DNA of 64,000 nucleotides from Minisyncoccota bacterium (GCA_035495115.1 DATJGJ010000007.1:3136-67135), one strand, 5' to 3'. Shown: positions 30,063 to 40,205, numbered from the stretch's first letter. The notes: generated by a model not told the origin, from the sequence alone. Translations and numbers: made by a program.

Positions 30063-31034
30063 CTAGGGTTGCACCTTCTTGAGCAGCGCAAGTGTATCGG
30101 CATCTCTTTGGCCGCTACCGAGCACAACGATTGTGTATACATCGCTCTTTTCTCCCCATTTGAAAAGCGAGACATTGGTGCGATTCGCTTCAGGCAAATA
30201 GCCATTCTTGCCACCAACATAATACGACCAACTGAGAAAATGCGTTGGGTTTATCCACGTATGCGAACGTATTGTTTTTGCTTTTAATTCAGTGATGCCA
30301 ACTATGGTTGGATCATTCTTATATATCCACTTCATAATCAATGCGAGATCATTAGCCGTAGAGATATTTTTGGGATCCAAGCCAGACGGATCAGAAAATG
30401 AGGTGCGGTAGGCGCCGATAGACTGGGTGAATTCGTTCATGGCTTGAATGAACTTGGCGCGTCCATAATACTGGGCAAAAGCTTCAGCTGCATCATTTGA
30501 TGAGACCATAAGGAGCGGATAGAGCAAATCGTTTGCAGTGAATGTTTCTCCAGCGACAAAGTCGGCAGTGTTGCCGTATGTAGACGTCACTGACTTGGTG
30601 ATGCTGATGCGAGAAATATCTGGAATGAGCTTACGAGCGACTACTGCAGTCACGAGTTTGGTGAGTGATGCTATAGGCAGAAGCTGATTGGAGTTTTGAT
30701 CAACGATGACCTGACCAGTTGTCATGTCTTTTACGATATATGCTTTGGCAGTGACATGGCTGATCTGCCCTTGCGGAAGCGCATTTGCAGCAGCATTGAT
30801 CAGATCTTCCTCATCTGCTGCTGAATATCGTTGTGCATATGCCTCAGCTTTATTGAGGATATATGCTGATGCCGAAGAAACGGCTGCGGTTTCCCCGACA
30901 CGAGCGAGATCAGCATGTTCTGATGAATGCCATACATACATACCTATACTAAATATGCCCACGCACAGAAAAAGCGTAATAAGTCCGCCAAATACGATTG
31001 AAAAAAAGGTTTTTAAGGGATTGGGCTGATTCAT
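30063..31034 (-). CDS. Serine-type D-Ala-D-Ala carboxypeptidase (peptidase S11, DacA/PBP5-like)
   Basis: SxxK (ASLTK), SxN (SSND) and KTG-like motifs. Confidence 0.75.
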   Translation of the reverse strand: MNQPNPLKTFFSIVFGGLITLFLCVGIFSIGMYVWHSSEHADLARVGETAAVSSASAYILNKAEAYAQRYSAADEEDLINAAANALPQGQISHVTAKAYIVKDMTTGQVIVDQNSNQLLPIASLTKLVTAVVARKLIPDISRISITKSVTSTYGNTADFVAGETFTANDLLYPLLMVSSNDAAEAFAQYYGRAKFIQAMNEFTQSIGAYRTSFSDPSGLDPKNISTANDLALIMKWIYKNDPTIVGITELKAKTIRSHTWINPTHFLSWSYYVGGKNGYLPEANRTNVSLFKWGEKSDVYTIVVLGSGQRDADTLALLKKVQP

Positions 31035-31894
31035 TTAATGGTTTTATAAAATACATTTGAGCCGAAACGCAGGTCTATGTAATCAAACATCAGCGCCTTT
31101 CGTTGACTTCGTGCTTCAGTTGTCATATGCCTCCAGAAAGCTATGAGATTGTCGCGTTCTTTATCGATATGTTGAATATCATTAAAATAAATGATAGTGG
31201 TGCTCGCGTACAATTCATATTCTCCAGCATCTTTTATCAAGATACCGTCTGGAGACATGCCTGCACTCTCAACTGTATCATATAATGCCTGCAGATCTAA
31301 AAATTCTGCAGTAGACGTAGCGTATGAGCCGATATAATCGGTTGTTGAGGCGGCTGAATATATATCTGGCGCATAATAGACATTATATGGGTGACCAGAA
31401 AATCCAGGGCTACGCTCAAAAAGATACCCTTGTTCGTCAGCTAAGTAGCACATGTCCGTATCATCAAGTAGCAACACATCATGTTCGAAATTTGGCAATG
31501 TCGCACAGACAATCGCTCGAGGTATTTTTTGGCTCACTGCAATGCGAAGATGCGTCAATCCATCTCTGCTTATAGCCACATCAAGCACTCGAGGAAACGT
31601 TGACTGTATCTCTTTGATTAGAACTTGTTTTGGATACAAAAAAATATTCTGTCGTGAAAACATGCCAAGATAATTTCCTTGAAGCTCTTTCATAACCGCA
31701 TCATGGATCAAGGGAGAAATCTCCTGATCAGCTCCGAATACAGTCACTTCACTAATTGACATGAAGTGTGCACGCGTAATCCACGACATACCATATATAA
31801 TGACTGCGCAAACAAAAACAATAAGGACTATGGTCGCCCATTTTTTTATGCGTTGCCTTTTAACAAATGATTGAGATTGGAGGTTTCTTGCCAT
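31031..31894 (-). CDS. FtsQ/DivIB-like cell-division protein (POTRA domain)
   Basis: Short cytoplasmic N-terminus, single TM, POTRA-like ISEVTVFGADQ...; overlaps the dacA-like gene by 4 nt. Confidence 0.45.
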   Translation of the reverse strand: MARNLQSQSFVKRQRIKKWATIVLIVFVCAVIIYGMSWITRAHFMSISEVTVFGADQEISPLIHDAVMKELQGNYLGMFSRQNIFLYPKQVLIKEIQSTFPRVLDVAISRDGLTHLRIAVSQKIPRAIVCATLPNFEHDVLLLDDTDMCYLADEQGYLFERSPGFSGHPYNVYYAPDIYSAASTTDYIGSYATSTAEFLDLQALYDTVESAGMSPDGILIKDAGEYELYASTTIIYFNDIQHIDKERDNLIAFWRHMTTEARSQRKALMFDYIDLRFGSNVFYKTIK

Positions 31895-31910
31895 GACAAT
31901 AATAGGAGTA

Positions 31911-33176
31911 CTACTTACCTATCATATCTTTGCCCATATATTTTGCGAGAACTGGAGGCACCTTGATCGTACCATCAGCTTGCTGAAAATTTTCAATGAG
32001 AGAAACGAGGATGCGCGGCGTAGGGATAGCAGTTGAATTGAGCGAATGAGCATAACGAAGTTTTCCTTCAGCGTCCTTGTAACGGATATTGAGTCGGCGA
32101 CACTGAAAATCATGGAAATATGATGCGGATGAGATCTCTCGATACTTGCCTTCTTTTGGCACCCAGAGCTCGATGTCGTATTTTTTTACCTGACCCAAGC
32201 CGAGATCGCCGCCGCAGTTGATGACGGTGTGATATGGGATGCCGAGCGACTCGATGAACTCTTCTGTGTTACGATTGAGCTCTTCGTGATACTTCACTGA
32301 CGTCTCATGGTTCGCCTCACAGAGCACGAGCTGTTCGAACTTGTAGAACTCATGAACACGGATGAGACCACGGACATCTTTGCCGTGAGAGCCAGCCTCT
32401 CGACGATAACAAGGCGAGAAGCCAAGGAAACGCTTTGGGAGCTGCTCGGCACCGAGCACTTCTTCAGCATACATGCCCATGAGAGGCACTTCGGCAGTGC
32501 CCGCGAGAGCGTCGCCATCTTGAGTCATATAAAAATCTTCGACATCACCAGGGAGATGCGCTGTGCCATAGAGATTTATCTTACGTACGATCGTTGGTGG
32601 CATAACAGGGATAAAATCTTTTCCTGAAAAGAATTCGAGCGCATATTGCCAGATCGCAAAACAGAGTCGTACACCGTCGCCAGTCAAATAATATCCACGG
32701 AAACCATGCACCTTTCCTCCGCGTTCGAAATCAACCATGCCGAGATTGGTCATAAGCTCAACATGATCTTTTGGTTCAAACGGAAATGCAGTCTTGTCGC
32801 CCCAAACTTTGATCTCTTGATTGTCTGCATCGGTATCGCCATCTGGAACAGACATATCAGGTACATTCGGCGCGCGCAACATGAGGTCTTGCCAGTCCTT
32901 CATGACTTCTTTGAGTTTTTCATCACCAGCCTCCATATCTGCCTTGACTACTTTCATATCAGCAATGAGCTTCGTACGCTCTTCTGGAGTCGCAGCCTTA
33001 GCGATGCCTTCGCTCGCAGCATTTTGGGTTGATCGTTTTTTTTCGAGATCTGCCATAAGCGCGCGACGCGTATCATCGAGGGTTATAAGCGCCTCCACGT
33101 CAAAGTTTACGTGTTTTTTCTTTGCAGCGAGAGCAACGATATCTTTATTTTCGCGAATGAATTTTATGTCCAACAT
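31911..33176 (-). CDS. serS: Serine--tRNA ligase
   Basis: N-terminal coiled-coil arm and class-II motifs (FRREAGSHGKDVRGLIRVHEF). Confidence 0.9.
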   Translation of the reverse strand: MLDIKFIRENKDIVALAAKKKHVNFDVEALITLDDTRRALMADLEKKRSTQNAASEGIAKAATPEERTKLIADMKVVKADMEAGDEKLKEVMKDWQDLMLRAPNVPDMSVPDGDTDADNQEIKVWGDKTAFPFEPKDHVELMTNLGMVDFERGGKVHGFRGYYLTGDGVRLCFAIWQYALEFFSGKDFIPVMPPTIVRKINLYGTAHLPGDVEDFYMTQDGDALAGTAEVPLMGMYAEEVLGAEQLPKRFLGFSPCYRREAGSHGKDVRGLIRVHEFYKFEQLVLCEANHETSVKYHEELNRNTEEFIESLGIPYHTVINCGGDLGLGQVKKYDIELWVPKEGKYREISSASYFHDFQCRRLNIRYKDAEGKLRYAHSLNSTAIPTPRILVSLIENFQQADGTIKVPPVLAKYMGKDMIGK

Positions 33177-33279
33177 ATGGGTTGTTTAAGTGCTCATTAG
33201 TGTATCATAAACATATATCTTTATCATTTCTTGAAAACTTTTTGAGTGTTTATTTATATAAGCATGAGAAAATGCGTGC

Positions 33280-34167
33280 ATGGATCCATTACATGCCATC
33301 ACGCAACTGAGTAAAGACAACTATCATTTTTTATTGAAGCAATTAGACAAAATTCCAGATTCAATGGAAATGATCGGCGCCATGCCACCAGAAACTTATC
33401 GATATCTCTGCGTTGTCGGATCACGCCACAATAGCTCATACGGAAAAGAAGCGTGCGAGAAACTCATTTCTGGGCTTGCAGGCTATCCCATCGTCATTGT
33501 TTCAGGCTTAGCTATAGGCATCGACTCAATCGCCCATGAAGCAGCATTAAAAGCTGGCCTGCGAACTATTGCGTTTCCTGGCTCCGGCCTCGATATCTCT
33601 GTTTTGTATCCCGCACAAAATATCGGTCTTGCACGTAGGATAGTAGAGGCTGGCGGGGCTCTCCTCTCGCCTTTTCCTCGACATCAAGAAGGAGTTTATT
33701 GGGCATTTCCTGTTCGTAACAAGCTTATGGCGGGCATATCCAATGCCGTACTGCTCATTGAAGGAGCTGAAGGATCTGGTTCGCTTCTCACTGCTGTTGA
33801 TGCAGGCGAGTTTGGTCGTGATCTTCTGACAGTGCCAGGATCTATATTTTCTCCATTATCTTATGGACCACATATGCACTTACGAGAGGCAGCGATAGCG
33901 GTTACTTGTTCAGAGCATATTTTGGAAGCATTGGGATTGGTAAAAGAGGATTCGACACGGACACAGTATATGACAAATCAAAATCTATTCGGCCAATCTT
34001 TCTCGCCGGACGAAAAACTCATCCTCGAGAAGATCAAAACGCCCATTGAAAGAGATGAGCTTATCCGGTCGCTCGACATGCCCGCAGGATTCGTGAATGC
34101 ACTTCTGATCGAGCTCGAATTAAAAGGCATCATTTCAGAGAGGCAAGGGCTGTTAATGGTCAACTGA
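33280..34167 (+). CDS. dprA: DNA-processing protein A (Smf/DprA)
   Basis: Rossmann-like GSRHNSSYG...IVSGLAIGIDSIAHEAAL; conserved dprA-topA neighbourhood. Confidence 0.85.
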   Translation: MDPLHAITQLSKDNYHFLLKQLDKIPDSMEMIGAMPPETYRYLCVVGSRHNSSYGKEACEKLISGLAGYPIVIVSGLAIGIDSIAHEAALKAGLRTIAFPGSGLDISVLYPAQNIGLARRIVEAGGALLSPFPRHQEGVYWAFPVRNKLMAGISNAVLLIEGAEGSGSLLTAVDAGEFGRDLLTVPGSIFSPLSYGPHMHLREAAIAVTCSEHILEALGLVKEDSTRTQYMTNQNLFGQSFSPDEKLILEKIKTPIERDELIRSLDMPAGFVNALLIELELKGIISERQGLLMVN

Positions 34168-34179
34168 AATTGATTACTA

Positions 34180-34624
34180 ACACGAATATACAAATATGCA
34201 CACAAATACCACTAATAACAAAACCATAATTTATCGTGAACTATCATATAAAATATATGGCTTATGCTATAAAACCCATAATATACTTGGACGTTTTAGA
34301 AATGAAAAATCATATGCAGATTATATTGAAAGCCTTATAAAAGATAATGGATTATTGTATCAAAGAGAAAGGCCCCTACCGAAAACATTCTCAGAAGAAA
34401 AAGCACGGAGAAATATTCCTGACTTCATAATTGAAAATAAGATTATTCTTGATTTAAAAGCAAAACAATTTATTACAAAGGAAGACTACTATCAGATGAA
34501 AAGATACTTAGTCGCTTCGAATATGAAACTTGGTATCATTGCAAATTTTAGGCAAATAAGAATTTATCCTAAACGAATTGTTAATTAATTCGTGGTATTT
34601 GTGTGCATATTTGTATATTCGTGT
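34180..34624. repeat. Perfect 33-bp inverted repeats (34180-34212 and 34592-34624) bracketing the GxxExxY ORF; possible MITE-like cassette or long RNA stem
   Basis: The left arm ACACGAATATACAAATATGCACACAAATACCAC is exactly the reverse complement of the right arm; the ORF's ATG lies inside the left arm and its stop is 3 nt before the right arm. Confidence 0.8.
34196..34588 (+). CDS. GxxExxY family protein (small PD-(D/E)xK-like)
   Basis: 130 aa with ...ESLIK..G..YQRERPLP...IPDFIIENKIILDLKA... matching the GxxExxY family pattern. Confidence 0.7.
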   Translation: MHTNTTNNKTIIYRELSYKIYGLCYKTHNILGRFRNEKSYADYIESLIKDNGLLYQRERPLPKTFSEEKARRNIPDFIIENKIILDLKAKQFITKEDYYQMKRYLVASNMKLGIIANFRQIRIYPKRIVN

Positions 34625-34642
34625 CGCATTGTGTAATACTAC

Positions 34643-37039
34643 ATGTCAATGAAACTCGTAATCGTAGAGTCCCCCTCAAAAGCAAAGACTATTTCCAAAT
34701 ATTTGGGAAGTGATTTTCGCGTGCTCGCTTCAGTTGGTCACGTGCGCGATCTGCCAAAGTCAAACAAAAAAGCCATCGACATAGATGGCGGCTTCGTACC
34801 TCATTATGAAGTTGTACCAAAAAAAGAGATCATCATCGAAGAGATCCGTCATGCAGCAAAAAAAGCTGACGAAGTATTGATCGCAACTGACCCCGACCGC
34901 GAAGGCGAAGCTATCGCTTGGCACTTGAAGGAGCTCCTCACTGACAAAAAGATCGGGGGCGTCATTTCATCGAGTAAAATCGTGCGCATCACATATCATG
35001 AAGTGACAAAAGAAGCCGTCGAAGAAGCACTCAAGCATCCTCGTGCCATCGATGAGCACCTCCGCGAAGCTCAGGAAGCTCGTCGCGTGCTCGACCGCCT
35101 CGTAGGCTACGATCTTTCCGGCCTCATCTGGAAAAAAGTCCGTTATGGACTCTCAGCTGGTCGTGTTCAATCGCCTGCGCTCCGCATCATCATGGAACGT
35201 GAGCGCGAGATACGTGCATTCAATCCTGAGACATACTGGAGTATCGCTGGTACATGGAAGACGACTTCAGCGGCCGCAAAAAATGCCGTTTTGGGACTTA
35301 CCTGTGTCGAAGAGCCCCGCGAAAGAAAAGAAGTTGATCGTATCCTTGATATCGCACGCTCGAAGCCATGGCATGTCGTCGATATAGAAGAGACGGAACA
35401 AAAAAGATCACCTAAAGCACCATTCATCACATCTACACTCCAACAGACCGCGAGCTCGCGCCTCGGCTTTTCACCTTCGCGCACCATGGGTATCGCACAA
35501 AAACTTTATGAAGCCGGTCATATCACCTATATGCGTACTGACTCGACCCATCTCGGTCAGCAAGCTCTCGAACAGATTGCGGTCACTGTGGGCAAAGAAT
35601 ACGGAAAAGAATATCTCCAGTTCCGTACCTATAGCGCAAAGAGCAAAAATGCACAGGAGGCTCACGAAGGTATCCGTCCTTCAAAGATGGCAGTGCTCAA
35701 TGCTGGCATGAATGAAGAGCAAAAGAAACTGTACAGACTTATCTGGCAAAGAACAATTGCTTCGCAGATGGTTGATGCGCGCGTCGCCCGTACAAAGATA
35801 GTAGCAAATATAAAAGATGCGGATTCGACTTCTCAGATCCCTGATTTCACAGCCAATGGTTCACGTATCATCTACGAAGGCTGGCTCAAAGCTGATCCGG
35901 AGTCTCGCGGCGAAGAAGTCGAGTTGCCAAAATGCGAGAAGGGCGAAAAACTCGATCTCATAAACGTCGACGCTCTTGAAAAGCAGACGCAGCCGCCTGC
36001 ACGCTATACCGAGGCGGGCCTCATCAAAGAGCTCGAGAAGCGTGGCATTGGTCGTCCATCTACCTATGCGTCTATTTGTCGTACTATAGAAGAACGTGGC
36101 TATGTCGAAAAAGAAGGCCGTGCACTCAAGCCGACTGATACCGGTGACGTCGTCTCATCTTTCCTCGAAGAATACTTCCCTACCTATATTAGCGATACCT
36201 TCACTGCTGACATGGAGAACCAGTTGGATGAGATCGCCAACGGTGAACGCACGTATGTCAAAACGCTCTCTACATTCTATGGCCCATTTTTGAAAGAAGT
36301 GAAGTCAAAAGAAAAGCTCGCCAAAGCGACCAACCTCGGTGTTGCGGATGCAAAGTACAAATGTCCAAAATGCGGCAGTCCGATGGATATCAAGCTCGGT
36401 CGTATGGGCAAGTTTATCTCATGTTCACGCTACCCAGATTGCGATGGTGCACTCATGATCGATGGCACTGAGATCAAAAAAGACGAGCCGATTGGCACTG
36501 ACCCGACGACGGGACTCCCTATCTTTGTATTGAATGGCCGCTTTGGTCCGTATGTTCAGCTTGGTGTAAAGATGCCGAAAGTAAAGAAAGTAAAAAAGCC
36601 AAAGGTACCAAAGGTCAAAAAGAAGGTTGGTGGAAAAAAAGTAACGGAGGAGGCAAATTCTCTGAAGGACCGAAGCTTGTCTGAGCGTAGTGATAACGGA
36701 GCGAGTTCTGTAGGTCTTGAAGAGAAGACTGTCTCCGAAGTTGCTGTTCCCATCAAACCTCGCATGGCCTCAATTCCAAAGGGCGTCGACCTTTCATCTA
36801 TCACTGTTGCTGATGCCATGAAATTCCTCAGTGTGCCCCGCGTGCTCGGCGTACACCCGACGACAGGTAAAAATGTCACTGCTTCGATTGGCCGTTTTGG
36901 TCCGTATGTTGTGCATGATACTAACTTCCGCTCTATTAAGGCTCCTTTGAATGTATACGACATCACTCTCGATCAGGCGCTCGCATTGCTTGCTCAAGAA
37001 AAGAAGCCTCGAGGATTCGCCAAGAAAAAGAAGGAATAA
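34643..37039 (+). CDS. topA: DNA topoisomerase I with a C-terminal zinc ribbon and a Lys-rich tail
   Basis: Toprim N-terminus (LVIVESPSKAKTISKYLG), active-site Tyr region, C4 zinc ribbon CPKCGS...CSRYPDC, KKxK repeats. Confidence 0.9.
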   Translation: MSMKLVIVESPSKAKTISKYLGSDFRVLASVGHVRDLPKSNKKAIDIDGGFVPHYEVVPKKEIIIEEIRHAAKKADEVLIATDPDREGEAIAWHLKELLTDKKIGGVISSSKIVRITYHEVTKEAVEEALKHPRAIDEHLREAQEARRVLDRLVGYDLSGLIWKKVRYGLSAGRVQSPALRIIMEREREIRAFNPETYWSIAGTWKTTSAAAKNAVLGLTCVEEPRERKEVDRILDIARSKPWHVVDIEETEQKRSPKAPFITSTLQQTASSRLGFSPSRTMGIAQKLYEAGHITYMRTDSTHLGQQALEQIAVTVGKEYGKEYLQFRTYSAKSKNAQEAHEGIRPSKMAVLNAGMNEEQKKLYRLIWQRTIASQMVDARVARTKIVANIKDADSTSQIPDFTANGSRIIYEGWLKADPESRGEEVELPKCEKGEKLDLINVDALEKQTQPPARYTEAGLIKELEKRGIGRPSTYASICRTIEERGYVEKEGRALKPTDTGDVVSSFLEEYFPTYISDTFTADMENQLDEIANGERTYVKTLSTFYGPFLKEVKSKEKLAKATNLGVADAKYKCPKCGSPMDIKLGRMGKFISCSRYPDCDGALMIDGTEIKKDEPIGTDPTTGLPIFVLNGRFGPYVQLGVKMPKVKKVKKPKVPKVKKKVGGKKVTEEANSLKDRSLSERSDNGASSVGLEEKTVSEVAVPIKPRMASIPKGVDLSSITVADAMKFLSVPRVLGVHPTTGKNVTASIGRFGPYVVHDTNFRSIKAPLNVYDITLDQALALLAQEKKPRGFAKKKKE

Positions 37040-37062
37040 AAAACACCCGATGGGTGTTTGTG
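37038..37062. terminator. Bidirectional intrinsic terminator (AAACACCC-GAT-GGGTGTTT)
   Basis: Stem-loop flanked by A/T runs between converging genes. Confidence 0.6.
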
Positions 37063-37090
37063 CTTTTAGTCAGATATCAGTGGTGCCCAG

Positions 37091-37720
37091 CTAAAAGATT
37101 TCAATGTATTTTTGCCAAGTGTCTCTTTCCGCCAATTCAATGATCATTGCAATTTGCGCTTCATCGAATCGTTTTGTCCCTTCGGGGCTTTCAGCAATGA
37201 GCGTCGAGACATAGTGGGCAATAGTCGTGACATGATATTGTCGCCGAAGCGTATCGATTGACCAATTTGCATCGATAAATTTTTTATTGATCGATTCAAA
37301 TATAGGCTGTCCATCGCTGAACATATAGAGAGCAGACGGCGGGATTAACCTGTCATTTGGCAACCGCTTGATCTCAAGCATCCAATGACATAGACATGTC
37401 ACGAAAGTATGCCATAGCAAATGTGTTGCGGTTGCAGCATCGCTCGTTTTGATCTCTGACACAAGCTCTTCACTTAGTCCGATATGAAGCATTTTTCGGC
37501 TCGGAATCAGGAACTGGGGATCAGCTTCAGTTGGAAAACCAATAAGCTTGCGCTTTGCATTTATAACAAAGCCTGATCCACTATTTGGTGGCAATATTGT
37601 AAAACTCACATCGGCAGGCAAAAGACCATAGAATCGCCCGAAACCGAGCAAGTTATCCCTGAAGAAACTGCTTACTGTCACACCTTCGTGGACGCCTTGG
37701 GCAAATCCAAATATTGTCAT
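37091..37720 (-). CDS. Hypothetical protein
   Basis: 209-aa ORF; no recognisable family. Confidence 0.4.
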   Translation of the reverse strand: MTIFGFAQGVHEGVTVSSFFRDNLLGFGRFYGLLPADVSFTILPPNSGSGFVINAKRKLIGFPTEADPQFLIPSRKMLHIGLSEELVSEIKTSDAATATHLLWHTFVTCLCHWMLEIKRLPNDRLIPPSALYMFSDGQPIFESINKKFIDANWSIDTLRRQYHVTTIAHYVSTLIAESPEGTKRFDEAQIAMIIELAERDTWQKYIEIF

Positions 37721-37834
37721 AACTCCTCCTGGTTAATTGTTTAGGTTCAAAACGAAATGTTCAAAAACAATATAACCACACTTATTGTACATTTGCAATA
37801 AGCTTTGCTGCGCTGATTTTAGCCACAAATTTAG

Positions 37835-38836
37835 CTACAAACTAAAATTCTTCAACGAATATATCTCTTCATTTTCCTCTTGTTGCTTCTCCTGCGTAGA
37901 ACGATCATCAACTGCTGGCGTACCGAGACTTACACTGTCGATAACAGGCGTCTGCGATGCATTCGCTTCATTCATGGCAATTTGCTGATTTACATCGCTT
38001 TTGACTTGCTGACTATTCAACTTCTCCAACAACGCTCTCAAGTCATCTGGATTGAAAAAATCGATAGTGACTGTACCTCCCTCCTTATTTTTTTCAATGC
38101 GCACACGAGTACCGAGCGATTCGGTGAATGACTTTTCCATCTCTATGATCTGAGGATCAAGATACTTCTCTTTGTTACGGATCTTGTCTGTAGCTACACG
38201 ACGCGAAAGAGACTCTGCTTCACGCACGGTGAGCTTCTTTGCCATGATCTCCTTGAAAAGGACGAGCTGTTCTTCTTTGCGATCGCTCAACATGAGCAAT
38301 GGGCGTGTATGACCTTCTGAGATCTTACCCTCGCTGAGCGCAGTCAAAATCTCATCTGAGAGAGCGAGGATGCGCAGCGTGTTCGCGACATATTCACGGC
38401 TCTTGCCTACCTTGTCAGCGATCTGAGCCTGCTTGAGACCAAACTCTTTTGCAAGACGCTCGAAAGCGCGGGCTCGCTCGACTGGATTGATATCTTCACG
38501 CTGGAGATTTTCAATGATGGCCATCTCGAGCTTTTCTCTGCCGCTATCTTCGCTATTGCGGATGAGCACTGGCACTTGCTGGAGGCCAGCGAGCTTTGAA
38601 GCACGCAAACGACGCTCACCAGAGATAAGCTCATACTCAACAGACATTCCTGACCCTTCATGAAAGACTTCTTTGCGAGTCACCACGAGTGGCTGGAGCA
38701 CGCCGTACATACGAATTGAGTCAGAAAGACTCTTCAGGGCTATAGGATCGAATTCACGGCGCGGCTGATATGGGTTCGGACTGATCTTTTCGAGTTCGAT
38801 CCAGAAGATGGAGTTATTTACATATTGATTGGACAT
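37835..38836 (-). CDS. parB: ParB/Spo0J family chromosome partitioning protein with a low-complexity C-terminal extension
   Basis: ParB box (ELISGERRLRASKLAGL), HTH, C-terminal Q/E-rich tail. Confidence 0.8.
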   Translation of the reverse strand: MSNQYVNNSIFWIELEKISPNPYQPRREFDPIALKSLSDSIRMYGVLQPLVVTRKEVFHEGSGMSVEYELISGERRLRASKLAGLQQVPVLIRNSEDSGREKLEMAIIENLQREDINPVERARAFERLAKEFGLKQAQIADKVGKSREYVANTLRILALSDEILTALSEGKISEGHTRPLLMLSDRKEEQLVLFKEIMAKKLTVREAESLSRRVATDKIRNKEKYLDPQIIEMEKSFTESLGTRVRIEKNKEGGTVTIDFFNPDDLRALLEKLNSQQVKSDVNQQIAMNEANASQTPVIDSVSLGTPAVDDRSTQEKQQEENEEIYSLKNFSL

Positions 38837-38864
38837 GGCTGCATTTTAACATAATAATAAAGAC

Positions 38865-39860
38865 ATGAAAAAAGTGTACATCTCCTTGGTGCTCATTTTC
38901 CTCGGACTCGTCATTGTGTATCTCTTTTTGACAGTCACATCCGATACAGCTCGTTCGCATGCAAACCAAGAATCATCAGCAGTGACAATCCCCTCTACTG
39001 CCACATCGACGATCACTATACTGATCAGCGGTGATATCATGCTTGATCGTTATGTGCGTGCCAGTGGCGAAAAAAATGGATACGATTCGTTATTTGATGG
39101 CGTACGCGGTCTTTTTCATTCTGCTGACATTGCGGTAGCAAATCTTGAAGGTCCTATCACTTCATATCCTTCGAAAACATTTCTGAAAAATGGATCATTT
39201 ACCAAATCATTCACATTCACTTTTGCACCAAGTAGCACGCCAGCATTGCTTGGGGCCGGCATTACACTAGTAAGTTTAGCAAATAATCATACTGATAATT
39301 TTGGTCGAGATGGTGTAATGCAGACTCACTCGTATTTGAATGATAACGGCATCGATTGGTTCGGCGATCCTGCCAACATATCAGGAACTGAAAAGATCAT
39401 ATGTAAAAATACAATCTGTATTGCTTTTGTTGGCTATCATGAGTTCGAGCTCGGTTTTGAAAATATAGTGAACGATGTCAGTAGACTCGCCCATGAAGGT
39501 TATCCGGTTATCGTCATGCCACACTGGGGCGACGAATATGCTTCAACATCGCCTGAGCGAGTAAAGGAAATGGCTCACAAACTCATAGCTGCAGGCGCAT
39601 TTGTCATCGTCGGTTCGCACCCTCATGTTATCGAAGACAGAGAATGGATCGACGGCGTACCGGTGATCTATTCGCTTGGTAACCTCCTTTTTGACCAATA
39701 TTTTTCCAAAGAAGTTCTTCTCGGTAATGTCGCTGAACTTACGATTTCAGAAAATGGAACCTATGCCCACATCGATCGTGTGCGACTCTATACTGTTTCT
39801 AATGCATTGAAAAAGGGTCCACGACTCACGGGTGTGCCTATTGAGTTTCAGAGACCTTAA
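38865..39860 (+). CDS. CapA/PgsA-family metallophosphoesterase-like protein, membrane-anchored
   Basis: ILISGDIMLDRYV...ADIAVANLEGPIT...HWGDEY...GSHPHV motifs. Confidence 0.7.
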   Translation: MKKVYISLVLIFLGLVIVYLFLTVTSDTARSHANQESSAVTIPSTATSTITILISGDIMLDRYVRASGEKNGYDSLFDGVRGLFHSADIAVANLEGPITSYPSKTFLKNGSFTKSFTFTFAPSSTPALLGAGITLVSLANNHTDNFGRDGVMQTHSYLNDNGIDWFGDPANISGTEKIICKNTICIAFVGYHEFELGFENIVNDVSRLAHEGYPVIVMPHWGDEYASTSPERVKEMAHKLIAAGAFVIVGSHPHVIEDREWIDGVPVIYSLGNLLFDQYFSKEVLLGNVAELTISENGTYAHIDRVRLYTVSNALKKGPRLTGVPIEFQRP

Positions 39861-39905
39861 AATTATTTGATTTTAAGCTGAATTCGGGTAAACTAGTGTG
39901 GTATT

Positions 39906-39987
39906 GCCGGGATGGCGGAATTGGTAGACGCATACGACTCAAAATCGTACGGAGAAATCCATGGGAGTTCGATTCTCCCTCCCGGCA
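39906..39987 (+). tRNA. tRNA-Leu (anticodon CAA), class II long variable arm
   Basis: Acceptor GCCGGGA/UCCCGGC, anticodon stem UACGA/UCGUA with loop CUCAAAA, long variable arm, T-arm GGGAG-UUCGAUU-CUCCC, discriminator A; CCA not encoded. Confidence 0.85.
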
Positions 39988-40023
39988 CAGCGAAATTTAG
40001 AATATTCACCGAAAGCAAGACGG

Positions 40024-40148
40024 AAACGAGTCGCACCTGTGACTCGTTTGGGAGAATCGAAAAGGCTGAGTATATGGAACGGAGCGAAGCGAGTACCATA
40101 CGAAGCCTGTACTGAAGCTGTAAGCTTCGATTCTCCCTCCCGGCACCA
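40024..40148 (+). ncRNA. tRNA-linked structured element, copy A, co-oriented and downstream of tRNA-Leu(CAA)
   Basis: Four parts in order. Hairpin at 40025-40048. 12-nt GGGAGAATCGAA at 40050-40061, the exact reverse complement of the tRNA-Leu T-loop plus 3' T-stem. Conserved core CTGAGTATATGG...CGAAG...CTGTAC at 40066-40125. Copy TTCGATTCTCCCTCCCGGCA+CCA of the tRNA 3' end at 40126-40148, which has CCA encoded, unlike the tRNA gene itself. Confidence 0.5.
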
Positions 40149-40160
40149 GAATTTATATAA

Positions 40161-40187
40161 TAAAAAAACCTGCGGTGAAGCAGGTTG
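40161..40187 (-). terminator. Intrinsic terminator for the minus-strand gene 40206-40670
   Basis: ACCTGC-GGTGAA-GCAGGT hairpin with a T-run on the minus strand. Confidence 0.5.
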
Positions 40188-40205
40188 TGATGGAGACACT
40201 TCAAA

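Noticed and set aside
40066-40125. Possible hammerhead or other small self-cleaving ribozyme in the conserved tRNA-linked core (starts with CUGAG.A)
   Set aside because: The core reads CUGAGUA rather than CUGANGA and lacks the GAAA / stem-II arrangement; no confident match to hammerhead, twister or pistol consensus by eye
40024-40148. Integron attC site or tyrosine-integrase att scar at tRNA 3' ends
   Set aside because: No R''/R' (RYYYAAC/GTTRRRY) core sites; the inverted arms are 12 nt separated by about 60 nt, too far apart for a recombinase core; there is a conserved structured interior; no integrase gene nearby
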